Virus record (IMG/VR): IMGVR_UViG_3300006737_000028
Strand: one strand, 5' to 3'
DNA from: an uncultured virus (IMG/VR IMGVR_UViG_3300006737_000028)
Lineage: Duplodnaviria; Heunggongvirae; Uroviricota; Caudoviricetes
Length of the DNA stretch: 64,000 bases
The position numbers and the translations under genes are program-made. Under the pieces are notes generated by a model, which worked only from the letters and a program-made list of their open reading frames with translations, was not told the DNA's origin and ran no database searches. Every line of letters begins with the position of its first letter. Position 1 is the first letter of the stretch. Shown one piece after another: positions 46,065-55,906 of the stretch.

Positions 46065-47186
46065 ATGGCAGAAGAAACTTTTATCCCATCTCCGGGGTCA
46101 ATTGGTAATAATCCGGGCGTTGACGCCGGTGCGGATGGTGTTGGTGCATCTAGTCAGTTAGATGGATTCAATGCCAAGGCTACAGGGTCTATTCTTGAGA
46201 AAGCATCACAGTCGTATGGCAATAGTGGAGTTCTCGGTTCTTTTGATGGAAAAGGCCAGTTCCTCAAGTATCCAGAGGATCTAGAGGGAAGCACAGAGTA
46301 TTCCAACTTTCTGATGTTCAAGATCTTCCAGCGTCAGAGTTTGAATCTACAAACTCAATACGACAGACTTACCTCGGCACTGAGTGGTGCTTCTGAGTCT
46401 GCTGGTGAACTGATCACTGGAAATTCACAAGAGCAATCACAAGCAATTTCGAATGCAGGTCAGGGTATTCTAGATGCAAACTTAGGCGAGACTGGGTTGG
46501 CTGGATTCAATAAGACTATTGCAGATACTCGACTTGCAAAGGCCAAGACAGATACCAAAGATGTGATCGTCCTTGGAATGAATACAGGCATTCAACTCAG
46601 TGATAACTTGTCATACACAGAAAATAACTTCGGTACGGTCAAGGGAATTCTGGAAGGTAATATGCTCGCGACCTTTTTCCCCAAAGCAATGGCAGCGGGA
46701 CTGGGCGCAGTGGATACCGTTTCCAAATTCGTAGGTGCTGACATGAATACAGAACAAGCATTCAACTCAATCGTCGGTGCAGTGTCCAACCCAAGAAAAG
46801 AAATGACGTTCGAGGGAGTACAGATCAGAACGTATGACATGTCTTTCAACTTCTCTCCCAGATCTCGGACAGAAGCAGAGGCAGCATTGCAAATTGTTCG
46901 TATGTTTAGGTTCCACGCATATCCAGAAGTATCGCCAAACAGGGCATTCTACTCATTCCCATCTGAGTTTGAAATTCACCCTTTCATTGTTAGAAATGGT
47001 ATCTCCAGAGAAAATACAAATCTGCCTAAGTTCCCCAGAGCGTACCTTACTAGCGTGCAAACAAACTATACTCCCAATGAGTACATGACATCGTTCGAAG
47101 ATGGAACACCAACCCAACTAACCTTATCACTAAGTTTCCAAGAGGCAGAAGCACTCAGCAGGAACCACATCAAGGCAGGCTTCTGA
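46065..47186 (+). CDS. 48: Baseplate tail tube cap (gp48-like)
   Basis: LKYP, NPRKEMTFEG..IRTY.MSFNFSPRS..EA, FPSEF, LSLSFQE. Confidence 0.85.
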   Translation: MAEETFIPSPGSIGNNPGVDAGADGVGASSQLDGFNAKATGSILEKASQSYGNSGVLGSFDGKGQFLKYPEDLEGSTEYSNFLMFKIFQRQSLNLQTQYDRLTSALSGASESAGELITGNSQEQSQAISNAGQGILDANLGETGLAGFNKTIADTRLAKAKTDTKDVIVLGMNTGIQLSDNLSYTENNFGTVKGILEGNMLATFFPKAMAAGLGAVDTVSKFVGADMNTEQAFNSIVGAVSNPRKEMTFEGVQIRTYDMSFNFSPRSRTEAEAALQIVRMFRFHAYPEVSPNRAFYSFPSEFEIHPFIVRNGISRENTNLPKFPRAYLTSVQTNYTPNEYMTSFEDGTPTQLTLSLSFQEAEALSRNHIKAGF

Positions 47187-48166
47187 TGGAATATTTCAAG
47201 CACTTTCCAGACATAAACTACACGTTTGACGGCAAGACTCTTTTCCGTGCTAAGGACATCCTCCGTAGAGTGGCGTTCAAAGAGGAGATACGGGTTGGTC
47301 GAGATCTGTTTACCGAATACAGAGTTCAAGATGGTGATCGATTAGATACCATCGCAGATGAAGTCTATGGTCGCCCTGATTTTGCTTGGGTTCTTGCTTT
47401 GTATAATAACATCATTGATCCCCTCACCGATCTGGGTTACGATGCAAATTCGTTGGATGAATATGTTGATAAGAAGTATGAGGGAACCACTTTAGTTCTA
47501 TATCCTGGCTTGACAACGGCGACCTCGGAGGACCAGTTGACAGACACATGGTTTGAGCGAGGTGATACCATTTATGGATATGACTACACTGATGTTGTAG
47601 ATCCATATCAGATGGAAATCAGAGGTCAGGTTCTTGATTACGACCCATCTTTACAACAATTGCGAATCAAAGAATTTATTGGAGATACCAATAGGTCTAA
47701 GATCGGAGCCACACAGGTCAAGAATTTTGATGACATGCTTGGTCAGGTAATCAGCACCAATGCCTTTCTTGATGGTGGAACTTCTGATCAGAGAGCAACA
47801 ATCAAAAGAGTCTATCGAGATAGCGGGAATGCTCTCCACCACTTTTTCTCACCAACTATAAATTACAATGGTTCGTCCGGTGCATTTTTAGACCCATATG
47901 GCACACCACCAGACTCCAACGGAAGACAATTCACAGTAGGCGTCACATACGCAGACTCATCAGATTATGCCTCAGTCGCTCCGGGGTATACTGCTTCCCT
48001 ATTGGAAAACTATGTTACAGACAACAACTCAACTTATACAGTTACCAATAGACAACATGAGTTTGATTTGGCACAGAACCAACGTAGGTTTATCAAAATC
48101 TTAGATCCCGCAGTGGTCCAGCAAGTGATTGTTGAATTTGAAAGACTTGTCAGCGGAGATGATTGA
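47186..48166 (+). CDS. 53: Baseplate wedge protein (gp53-like)
   Basis: YFKHFP.INY, GDRLDTIA..VYG....WVLALYNNI, IKIL. Confidence 0.9.
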   Translation: MEYFKHFPDINYTFDGKTLFRAKDILRRVAFKEEIRVGRDLFTEYRVQDGDRLDTIADEVYGRPDFAWVLALYNNIIDPLTDLGYDANSLDEYVDKKYEGTTLVLYPGLTTATSEDQLTDTWFERGDTIYGYDYTDVVDPYQMEIRGQVLDYDPSLQQLRIKEFIGDTNRSKIGATQVKNFDDMLGQVISTNAFLDGGTSDQRATIKRVYRDSGNALHHFFSPTINYNGSSGAFLDPYGTPPDSNGRQFTVGVTYADSSDYASVAPGYTASLLENYVTDNNSTYTVTNRQHEFDLAQNQRRFIKILDPAVVQQVIVEFERLVSGDD

Positions 48167-49539
48167 TGACTGAGTTTGATTCCCTGAAAAGCATGGATCA
48201 AATGACTAAACTTGGCGATTATGAAATTGCTGAGTTGAGGATGTTTGCTGATTCTGGTGGAGATATCGATCTCAAAGAAGGCGGTCAATTTATGCGACTG
48301 TCAATCTTTGAGGATATTCTATCCCCTACCATGCACGGATTTATTTACATCAAGGATGGTCAGGGCATCATCAATAGAATGCCTGTAAACGCACATGAGA
48401 CTATTCTCTCATCATTCAGAACTCCCGGTGTTGGAGGTAACTATATTGATTTCTCTTTGGAGACATCTAAGATAGATGAAAGAGTCCGGTCAATTGGTGA
48501 GAGGGCAGAGGGGTACAGACTAGATCTAAACACATCTGGTGCTAGGAAGAACCTTCAAACTAGAGTTGCAAGGGCTTTGTCTGGAAGTCCAGAAAGTATT
48601 ATCGAGACTATTTGCTCCGAGTATCTCGATGGAAGTCTCAACTCAGAGAAGAGTTCTAATGACATACCCAAGTTTGTTTTTCCCAATATGAGGCCAATTA
48701 CTGCGATCAAATCTATCGTGCCTCTTGCCCTAAACGATAAGGGTCAGTCGGATTTTATTTTCTATGAGGATCGTAACGGATACAACTTCAAGAGTATTTC
48801 GTCGATTGTCAATAGAAAAACTAAAGAGACAAAAGCGACATACACACTAAAACCAACAGCACAAAGAGATGTGGAATCACCAAATAGGAACCAATCTTTT
48901 CTAGAGGGATTCACAAATCTTAGAGACTATACTCCAGTCACACAGTCTGATCATGTAAAGTCTATGGAGTCTGGTCAATTTGCAACTCAAGTGTATTCCT
49001 ATGACATCTGGGGTAAGAACGTATCGGCATCAACGAACAGTTATTATCCAGACTTCAAGGACTATGACAGAGAAGCAAAACACCCAGTGGTCCCGACCAA
49101 TTCGAAATACCTAGAGGGTAAGAACAGAATTATAGTCGAACCTAAAACTGCAAGATCGAATACAGAGTCGAATACAGAACGGTATCAATCCGAACCAGAC
49201 AAGTACAGAGGGTCTAGAGTCGTTCTAATCAATCAGTTGAGATCGCAGCAAGTGAAGATTATGATTCCAGGCAACTCTTTACTTGAACTTGGTGACCACG
49301 TTGAAATTCTAATCCCGAGGGCAGACCCCATAGATAATAGTGAACCAATCTGGTTTGATCAGAGATCAAGTGGAGTGTATACGATTACTGCAATCAGACA
49401 TGACATTGATTCAAATGAGTATACTAATACCTTAGAATTGTCTAGATCAGGTTTGCCTCTTGAGTATCCAAGTGAGGGTAAGTTCTTGGGAAGATCGGGT
49501 ACGATAGGTGATGCTGTTCAAGGAGTATTGTTGACATGA
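48163..49539 (+). CDS. Baseplate hub protein (gp27-like position)
   Basis: IFEDI.SP.M.G, FIFYED..GYNFKS, IPGN..L.LG, SGVY.I..IRH; lies between gp53 and gp5. Confidence 0.7.
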   Translation: MMTEFDSLKSMDQMTKLGDYEIAELRMFADSGGDIDLKEGGQFMRLSIFEDILSPTMHGFIYIKDGQGIINRMPVNAHETILSSFRTPGVGGNYIDFSLETSKIDERVRSIGERAEGYRLDLNTSGARKNLQTRVARALSGSPESIIETICSEYLDGSLNSEKSSNDIPKFVFPNMRPITAIKSIVPLALNDKGQSDFIFYEDRNGYNFKSISSIVNRKTKETKATYTLKPTAQRDVESPNRNQSFLEGFTNLRDYTPVTQSDHVKSMESGQFATQVYSYDIWGKNVSASTNSYYPDFKDYDREAKHPVVPTNSKYLEGKNRIIVEPKTARSNTESNTERYQSEPDKYRGSRVVLINQLRSQQVKIMIPGNSLLELGDHVEILIPRADPIDNSEPIWFDQRSSGVYTITAIRHDIDSNEYTNTLELSRSGLPLEYPSEGKFLGRSGTIGDAVQGVLLT

Positions 49540-50471
49540 GCGAAAGAAATACTGTAGAGACACCAAACTTTGTTTGGTTTATTGGTGTCGTTGAAAGTAG
49601 AGATGATCCAGATACTCTCGGTCGCTGCAAGGTTCGTTGTATTGGATATCACACAGAGGACAAGAGCGAGTTGCCTACCGAGGATCTTCCTTGGGCGACT
49701 CCAATGCAACCAATCACAAGTGCGGCAAGTTCTGAGGTTGGTACTGCTCCGGTCGGTCCAGTGGAAGGGACTTGGGTTGTCGGTTTTTTCCAAGATGGTG
49801 ATAAAGCACAACAACCTATTTTCATGGGAACTATTGGTGGCGTTCCCCTCGCGGCCGCGAACCCGGGCATGGGGTTCAATGATCCAAATGGAACGTATCC
49901 AACAAGAGTGGGATTCCCCGACACACCTAGACTTGCATATGGAAACAAAGAGGGAACATCAGTCGAGTTCAAGGAGTCAAACATCGATGAGATGTTGCCT
50001 GCTTCACACTTGTTTGGCGAACCAAAGTTGCCTGAACCCGATCCTCCGTACGCTGCATCATACCCATTCAATCACATTACCCAAACTGAGTCTGGTCACA
50101 TCTTAGAGATGGATGACACACCCGGTGCGGAGAGAATCAACATCCTCCATAGGTCCGGGTCGTTTGATGAATATCATCCTGATGGTAGTCGTGTTCAGAA
50201 AATTCTGGGTGATGGATATGAAGTCGTTGCCAACAATAAGCAAGTTCACGTTCGAGGCACTTGCTACATTACCGTCGATGGTAACAGTGAAATTTATACA
50301 AAGGGTGACTGCTTGTTTAGAACTGATGGCAATCAACAGTTCAAGGTTCAGGGAGATTGTCAGTTCAACGTAGGTGGTAAGTTCGCAGTCCAATCATCAC
50401 TGGGACAATCTCGACTGGAGATGATTGGTCCCATGATCAATCTAAATCCACCATATCCAGTGGTGTATTGA
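49536..50471 (+). CDS. 5: Baseplate central spike (gp5-like, no lysozyme domain)
   Basis: WFIGVVE.RDDP..LGRCKVR, LPWA, YPFNH...ESGH..E.DDTPG.ERI...HRSG. Confidence 0.92.
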   Translation: MSERNTVETPNFVWFIGVVESRDDPDTLGRCKVRCIGYHTEDKSELPTEDLPWATPMQPITSAASSEVGTAPVGPVEGTWVVGFFQDGDKAQQPIFMGTIGGVPLAAANPGMGFNDPNGTYPTRVGFPDTPRLAYGNKEGTSVEFKESNIDEMLPASHLFGEPKLPEPDPPYAASYPFNHITQTESGHILEMDDTPGAERINILHRSGSFDEYHPDGSRVQKILGDGYEVVANNKQVHVRGTCYITVDGNSEIYTKGDCLFRTDGNQQFKVQGDCQFNVGGKFAVQSSLGQSRLEMIGPMINLNPPYPVVY

Positions 50472-50480
50472 GGATAAAGG

Positions 50481-52406
50481 ATGACACCACAAGAAATTAT
50501 TTCTGAAGCACAACTACAGGGGGTTCGAATTATTCTGAATCCCTCTGGTGGTATATCTTTAGTTGGAAACACGAGTATCATCACTGATTCTTTCAAGTCT
50601 CTTGTGACCGCGAACCGCGAAGAAATTATTGACTATCTGACTCAGAATAATCCACTTCCTGCTGGTGTCGATCCGAACGCCAAACCAACCACGAAATATG
50701 TCGTGGGTCAAAATAACATGGTGTTTACCACTGTTACCGGGCCGACATCATCTGGTGTTATTCGTGCGGAGGGTCTGACTTCAGCATCCGCAGGCGTAAA
50801 ATTTCCTGCTGACTTGTATCCACCGATATCCAATCCATTCAAAAGGGCAGGACTAAGTGGAGGTGTTACTTCCCCTAACATTGTAAACACTTTCAATGGC
50901 GGAACAGGTGATATCACATTCACCATCAACGGAAGCACGGGTTCGAATGTTACTGGTGCTACCATGTTCAACATTGAGGTGGTCAACACGTTCAATGGTG
51001 CAACAGGCACAATTGAAGGCGTCAATACATTCAATGGTGCTACTGGATCAATTGTCGGCGTCAACTCAGTAAACGGGGCGACTGGTGCGGTGACTTTAGT
51101 CGATCTGGTCGGCGTCAACACAGTCAATGGCGTGAGTGGTGATGTTCAAGTCGTGTCTACTTTCAATGGAGCAACAGGCACAGTCGAAGGCGTCAATTCA
51201 GTAAATGGAAGCACCGGAGCAGTCACACTATCCTCAACGACTGTGAATGGTGCCGCCGGAAATGTTGAGGCGGTATCTTCCTTCAATGGGAATACCGGGA
51301 CCGTCGAAGGCGTTGCGAGTGTCAACGGAGCAACTGGTGCCGTTACAAACATCGCTGCTATCAACGCAACTAACCTCTTTAGTTCCAATCAAGAGTTTGC
51401 AGGCAGTGTCGCTGTAAGTGGTGGTATCTCCATGCAAACATCTGGAATTACTTTCCCAGATGGAACACACCAGTCCACAGCGTTCCGTGCAGGACTCAAA
51501 TATACCGTTACACATACAGGTGCCGCAGAGTCGCCCAGTGCTGGTGGTATCAAGATGTCATCCAATATCTCGGGAACGGCAGTTGATATTCTTTCGATAC
51601 ACGATACGGACGCCAACGGAAACGATATATCTTCCATCATGACCTTGTTCGCCTCAAATGGTGGATTTGTTCAGGTGCTAAAAGAAGATGGTACTGAGTT
51701 GCTGATTGCTGCTGTTGATGCAGGCGAGACCAGTATAGCAGGGTTTAGTAGTAGTATTCTTACGATTACTGCGACATCTGGTATTGAAGTGGATACATCA
51801 CCCTCTGTGAATGATGTGGTTTATGTTTATGTCATCCCCAACTTGGTAACTGCTGTTCAAACCATCGGGGGTGCAACTGGAAACATTCAAGTCTCTGGAG
51901 GCACGACAGGCGGTGGACTCACAATGGAGACCATTGCAAATGTGGGTTATCTAGGCATTGACTCACAACAAACAATTCATGTGTCTGGTATTTCAACTAA
52001 CGCAGGCGTAACATTCGCTGATGGATCACATCTAATATCAGGCAAAGAGGTTGCTCACTTTACAATCCAGTCCTCATCTGGAATCGCAGCGGATGAAAAA
52101 CTAGATGCACTGAAGTTCATTCCATTCAACGCAACAGTCAAAGAGGTCGGAGTTAGGACTTCAATTACAGGTGGTGTGACGGCATCGTTTGTCCAAGCAG
52201 GAACAGATCCTTTCGGTGCTGCGACCACGGGCGCCCGAACCCTAGCGACAATCGAGTTGGGACAGACTGGTAATGACTTTGGATTTACCTCCTCTACGAT
52301 CTCAAGTTCCGCAATCACCGGAAGTAGTTTTGTCTATCTCGATATTACCTCTATCTCCGGTGGTATCACTGGGATTCAAGCGTTCATGACTTTCGAGGGA
52401 ACTTGA
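50481..52406 (+). CDS. Tail-fibre-like protein with V(N/S)(S/T)(V/F)NGATG repeats
   Basis: About 10 tandem VNTFNGATG/VNSVNGATG repeats; GITFPDGT motif. Confidence 0.75.
   Translation: MTPQEIISEAQLQGVRIILNPSGGISLVGNTSIITDSFKSLVTANREEIIDYLTQNNPLPAGVDPNAKPTTKYVVGQNNMVFTTVTGPTSSGVIRAEGLTSASAGVKFPADLYPPISNPFKRAGLSGGVTSPNIVNTFNGGTGDITFTINGSTGSNVTGATMFNIEVVNTFNGATGTIEGVNTFNGATGSIVGVNSVNGATGAVTLVDLVGVNTVNGVSGDVQVVSTFNGATGTVEGVNSVNGSTGAVTLSSTTVNGAAGNVEAVSSFNGNTGTVEGVASVNGATGAVTNIAAINATNLFSSNQEFAGSVAVSGGISMQTSGITFPDGTHQSTAFRAGLKYTVTHTGAAESPSAGGIKMSSNISGTAVDILSIHDTDANGNDISSIMTLFASNGGFVQVLKEDGTELLIAAVDAGETSIAGFSSSILTITATSGIEVDTSPSVNDVVYVYVIPNLVTAVQTIGGATGNIQVSGGTTGGGLTMETIANVGYLGIDSQQTIHVSGISTNAGVTFADGSHLISGKEVAHFTIQSSSGIAADEKLDALKFIPFNATVKEVGVRTSITGGVTASFVQAGTDPFGAATTGARTLATIELGQTGNDFGFTSSTISSSAITGSSFVYLDITSISGGITGIQAFMTFEGT
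50880..51350 (+). repeat. Degenerate coding tandem repeats (VNxxNGxTG)
   Basis: Recurring ttcaatgg/gtcaatgg/gtaaatgg...ac(a/t/c)gg units. Confidence 0.75.
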
Positions 52407-52407
52407 T

Positions 52408-53556
52408 ATGGCACTAACTGACGTATTCATTTCACCTGCTGGTGCAGGCGATAACTCTGGGAGTTCTATCGCAAACGCTTTACCTGCGATTAGCAGTGGA
52501 GATTGGTCAACCAATATCGAGGGACTTGACCGAGCAAACAAGAGATTCATATTTCTCACGGGTACTTACAATGTCACCACACAACTTATCTTTTCTGGAT
52601 CAACACCCACAGATGAGCAACCAAACCAGTGGGTAGGTGCTGACGCGAGTGGCAACATTCTTCGACCTAAGTGGTTGGAGGGTGGGTTGAGACTAGATCT
52701 AACAGACTACCCAAAGTTTGTCTGTAGCACCAACCTCAATCAAGGTATGGTTCAAGGTGAAGAGTTCACATACTACAAGTGTTTGTCATTTGAAAACACA
52801 AACGCATCATATTCACAGGGTTCGATTGTCGAGGAAGCGACTACCGATACAGATCAACAAGCGTGGTATGGATGTAGTTTCAAAGCGGCACCAGCAAACA
52901 ACGCCTCAGAGGTTATGATTATATCCTCGACTTCGTTTTACAATTGTGTTTTCGAGGCAACCACACAACAATTTGATAGAGTGGTGGACGTAAGAGCAAA
53001 CTCTAGAATTTATGATTGTAGATTTATTGGTGGTGGACTTGGATCTGGTTCGGGTGATGGTGTTGGTCTGGAAGTAACAACACACACCACAGACATCAGA
53101 AATTGTGTGATTACAAACTGTCACGGTGACGGTGTGCGGTATAATAGTACAAGTGCAAAAGCATCCACCAACATATCAGATTGCACGATTGTAAATAATG
53201 GTGGAGATGGTATTGATGCCACCGCTGGCGGTGCTGCTGGATTGGCACTCACACCACACATGGAATCAAACATTATATTTGGAAACGGTGCATTTGGTAT
53301 CGCAGTAAACGCTGTGGATGATAGAGGTGGTGGTATTCAGATGGCGGCAATGGGATCCAACTCATCGGGCAACTTTAGCAACTTGGACTCTTTCGAGGAC
53401 ATGGTTGATGTAGTCACAGTGACAACAGCAGACTTTTTTGATTACGCAAACTTCGACTATCGTATCAAGAGAAGTTCTGCTCTTTACAAGTTTTTCCAGA
53501 ACAGAAACTTCGGTGCTTTACAAAACGAAGACTTTGAATTTGCGAGTGTATCATGA
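52408..53556 (+). CDS. Right-handed beta-helix (pectin-lyase-like) protein, possible tailspike/depolymerase
   Basis: VFISPAGAGDNSGSS..NA; repeated I.NC.I.N..GDG turns. Confidence 0.7.
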   Translation: MALTDVFISPAGAGDNSGSSIANALPAISSGDWSTNIEGLDRANKRFIFLTGTYNVTTQLIFSGSTPTDEQPNQWVGADASGNILRPKWLEGGLRLDLTDYPKFVCSTNLNQGMVQGEEFTYYKCLSFENTNASYSQGSIVEEATTDTDQQAWYGCSFKAAPANNASEVMIISSTSFYNCVFEATTQQFDRVVDVRANSRIYDCRFIGGGLGSGSGDGVGLEVTTHTTDIRNCVITNCHGDGVRYNSTSAKASTNISDCTIVNNGGDGIDATAGGAAGLALTPHMESNIIFGNGAFGIAVNAVDDRGGGIQMAAMGSNSSGNFSNLDSFEDMVDVVTVTTADFFDYANFDYRIKRSSALYKFFQNRNFGALQNEDFEFASVS

Positions 53557-53822
53557 GTGCAGGTATAGGTAGAGTGACAGATTTTGTTGGTGCGCCAATC
53601 ATTTGCAGCATCGTGAATACGGTAACGGCAGAGTCACTGCCTGTTGCAGTCATTGGTTCACCAATCACACCACACAATTCGGAACCAGTTCACATTGCCA
53701 CTGTCGTTACTGGATCTGCGACAGTAACGGTTGGTGGTATTGGAGTTTCGAAAATAGGAAGTGTCGGAAGTTGTGGACACCCACAAACAACAGGTTCAGC
53801 AACGGTAACAGTAGGTCTATAA
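53553..53822 (+). CDS. PAAR-like spike tip protein (gp5.4-like)
   Basis: GIGRVTD, H...H, GSATVTV, CGH. Confidence 0.8.
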   Translation: MSAGIGRVTDFVGAPIICSIVNTVTAESLPVAVIGSPITPHNSEPVHIATVVTGSATVTVGGIGVSKIGSVGSCGHPQTTGSATVTVGL

Positions 53823-53832
53823 GGAGTACATC

Positions 53833-54804
53833 ATGCCAACACCAACAATTCCACAATTCACAAGAGATCTTTTTCCAACAGACGGATGTCAAGTCGGTGT
53901 AATGAAACTCAGCGAAAGTGCTAGGTCATTGGTCAATCAGGTTGTAGATGGTTCGGCGTTTGTAAATCCGGTTCAGGGTGCAATCTCAGATGCACAGAAT
54001 TCAATCTCAAACGCTTTGAACTTTGAGGTGTTTGTTCCCAGTGGTCTCAGCGGTGGCGGTCAGACTATCGCTCCATTATCGTTTACTGGTTCTGTTTCAA
54101 TTTTCTCTGGATTGACCGGGACCGACGGCGAACCTATCTTCAATTTCATTGAGGGTTACGGAAACAATAGCACCATTCAACAGGCACTTTCTGACTTACA
54201 AGGCGGAATCAATGGAATGCAAGTCCATACTGATAGACTCAGTGGTGTGAGTATGTTCAAGGATGGTGGTTCCGATTTTGGAGTTGGAGGTTCGTCTGGA
54301 GAATTTGGTGGCATCGCAAGTCTCGCCGGTGTTGCGTCCGCTTACAATTCAGGCAAAGAAATGCTCAAGGATCCAGGCGCAGCGTTGGAGGATCATTTCT
54401 CTCCCATCTTCAATTCTGTTCTTGGTCCAGGCACTGACGCAATGGGAACAGTTCAGAATCTAATGGATGGTGATGTACTTGGCTTCCTCGAAGAATTTCC
54501 GGGTGGTGATGTTGGTGCTATTGCTGGTCAAATCGGTGGTGTTGTCTCTGGTGTTCAGAATCTTATAGATGGTGATCTAAACGCATACATCGGTGCAGTT
54601 GATTACCTAGCAAAACAAGCACTTGGTATCTCTGTTCTTGATTTTTATATGGATCCATGTTTCCTCACCAAACTCATGGGCAATATTGGTGTTCCGGGTC
54701 TAAATGAGTTGGGTCAGGAAATTGCATCTGCGGCAGGTGACGCTGTGCAGGGTGCTGTCAGTAATGTTGTCAACGACACTATCAACGATACGATTGATCT
54801 GTAA
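53833..54804 (+). CDS. Hypothetical baseplate-region protein
   Basis: AAGGAG RBS; HTDRLSGV and DPC motifs. Confidence 0.65.
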   Translation: MPTPTIPQFTRDLFPTDGCQVGVMKLSESARSLVNQVVDGSAFVNPVQGAISDAQNSISNALNFEVFVPSGLSGGGQTIAPLSFTGSVSIFSGLTGTDGEPIFNFIEGYGNNSTIQQALSDLQGGINGMQVHTDRLSGVSMFKDGGSDFGVGGSSGEFGGIASLAGVASAYNSGKEMLKDPGAALEDHFSPIFNSVLGPGTDAMGTVQNLMDGDVLGFLEEFPGGDVGAIAGQIGGVVSGVQNLIDGDLNAYIGAVDYLAKQALGISVLDFYMDPCFLTKLMGNIGVPGLNELGQEIASAAGDAVQGAVSNVVNDTINDTIDL

Positions 54805-54834
54805 AACCATACATAGACTGGGGAAGGGATTCAC

Positions 54835-55479
54835 ATGCAGGCATTGCCAGATAACGAGTTTTTCAATATAGATGTTTTTGGTTCATGGATGGATGTCGGT
54901 CTCGCGGTCGGTATGTTTGCTATTGGTGTCGCCTTTGTTATCAGGTCAATCGTTGGGATAAAGAAGTCGAAAGGCTGTTCCCCTTTCAAGCAACATACCA
55001 TTGAAGTACACAGTAAAGTACACGAGCAACTCACAGAATTGAGAGTTCTTACGGGCGCGGGCCGGGCACATATTTGTATGTTCCACAATGGAGGAACATT
55101 CGAAACCGGATCATCAATGAAAAAGTTTTCGGTGACACACGAGTCTCTTGCTCTTGCAATTGAATCTACATTGCAGAAAAAGAAAGAGTTGATGGCTAGT
55201 GCTTTTACTCACCTGATTGAACATGTATCAAGTGATGATCCCACGCCAATCGTCATCAGTGAAATGGAAGACTCTTTCTGGAAGTCATTCTTAGAATCAC
55301 AGAGAGTTTTGATGACATGCAATCTTCCCATTTTTTGTCAGGCAAAGGGAACCATAGTAGGCTACCTATGTTTAGAGTGGTGTAGTTTGAAGCACATGGA
55401 TGATGCTAATGTTGACAATATCATAATGGAGATGAAGGAAAAGCGATCAATCATACAAGCGTTGATTTCTGAGGGGTGA
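54835..55479 (+). CDS. Single-TM protein with GAF-like domain (T4 holin T-like architecture possible)
   Basis: N-terminal TM; LTELR..TGAGRAHICMFHNG, SVTHE, LPI...IVGYL.LEW. Confidence 0.55.
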   Translation: MQALPDNEFFNIDVFGSWMDVGLAVGMFAIGVAFVIRSIVGIKKSKGCSPFKQHTIEVHSKVHEQLTELRVLTGAGRAHICMFHNGGTFETGSSMKKFSVTHESLALAIESTLQKKKELMASAFTHLIEHVSSDDPTPIVISEMEDSFWKSFLESQRVLMTCNLPIFCQAKGTIVGYLCLEWCSLKHMDDANVDNIIMEMKEKRSIIQALISEG

Positions 55480-55483
55480 TCTA

Positions 55484-55906
55484 ATGGATTATAGACACAG
55501 TTCTACGACTCCAAATTCAAGACAGGTCGAAAGATTTTCAGACCTTGATATGGACTTTGGTATGAATCCCAACACCAAAGATGTTGATCGACTTTTTGAC
55601 GAAGAGGCAATCAAGAGATCTATTCGCAATTTGATTCTAACTAATAGAAACGAGAGATTCTTCAGACCAAATATTTCGGGTGGTATCAGAAATCTTCTTT
55701 TCGAACCAGCGACTCCCGTCACAGCGACTCTAATTCAACAGCAAATAGTTGATGTGATTGCTGAGAATGAACCTAGAGCAAGTTTGATTGATGTAACAGT
55801 CAAAACAAGTCAAGATGGAAATGCTTTCGATGTGTCGATAGTTTTTCAGATTAGAAACAACGAGCAACCAACAAGAGTCGTAGTTGCACTAGAGAGGCTA
55901 AGGTAA
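55484..55906 (+). CDS. 25: Baseplate wedge subunit (gp25-like)
   Basis: FSDLD, AIKRSIRNLILT...ERFF.P.I...LLFE, EPR, LERLR. Confidence 0.95.
   Translation: MDYRHSSTTPNSRQVERFSDLDMDFGMNPNTKDVDRLFDEEAIKRSIRNLILTNRNERFFRPNISGGIRNLLFEPATPVTATLIQQQIVDVIAENEPRASLIDVTVKTSQDGNAFDVSIVFQIRNNEQPTRVVVALERLR

Noticed and set aside
50880..51350. Periodic repeats as a CRISPR array or DGR
   Set aside because: Degenerate in-frame peptide repeats of a fibre protein; no identical repeats with spacers, no cas operon and no reverse transcriptase.
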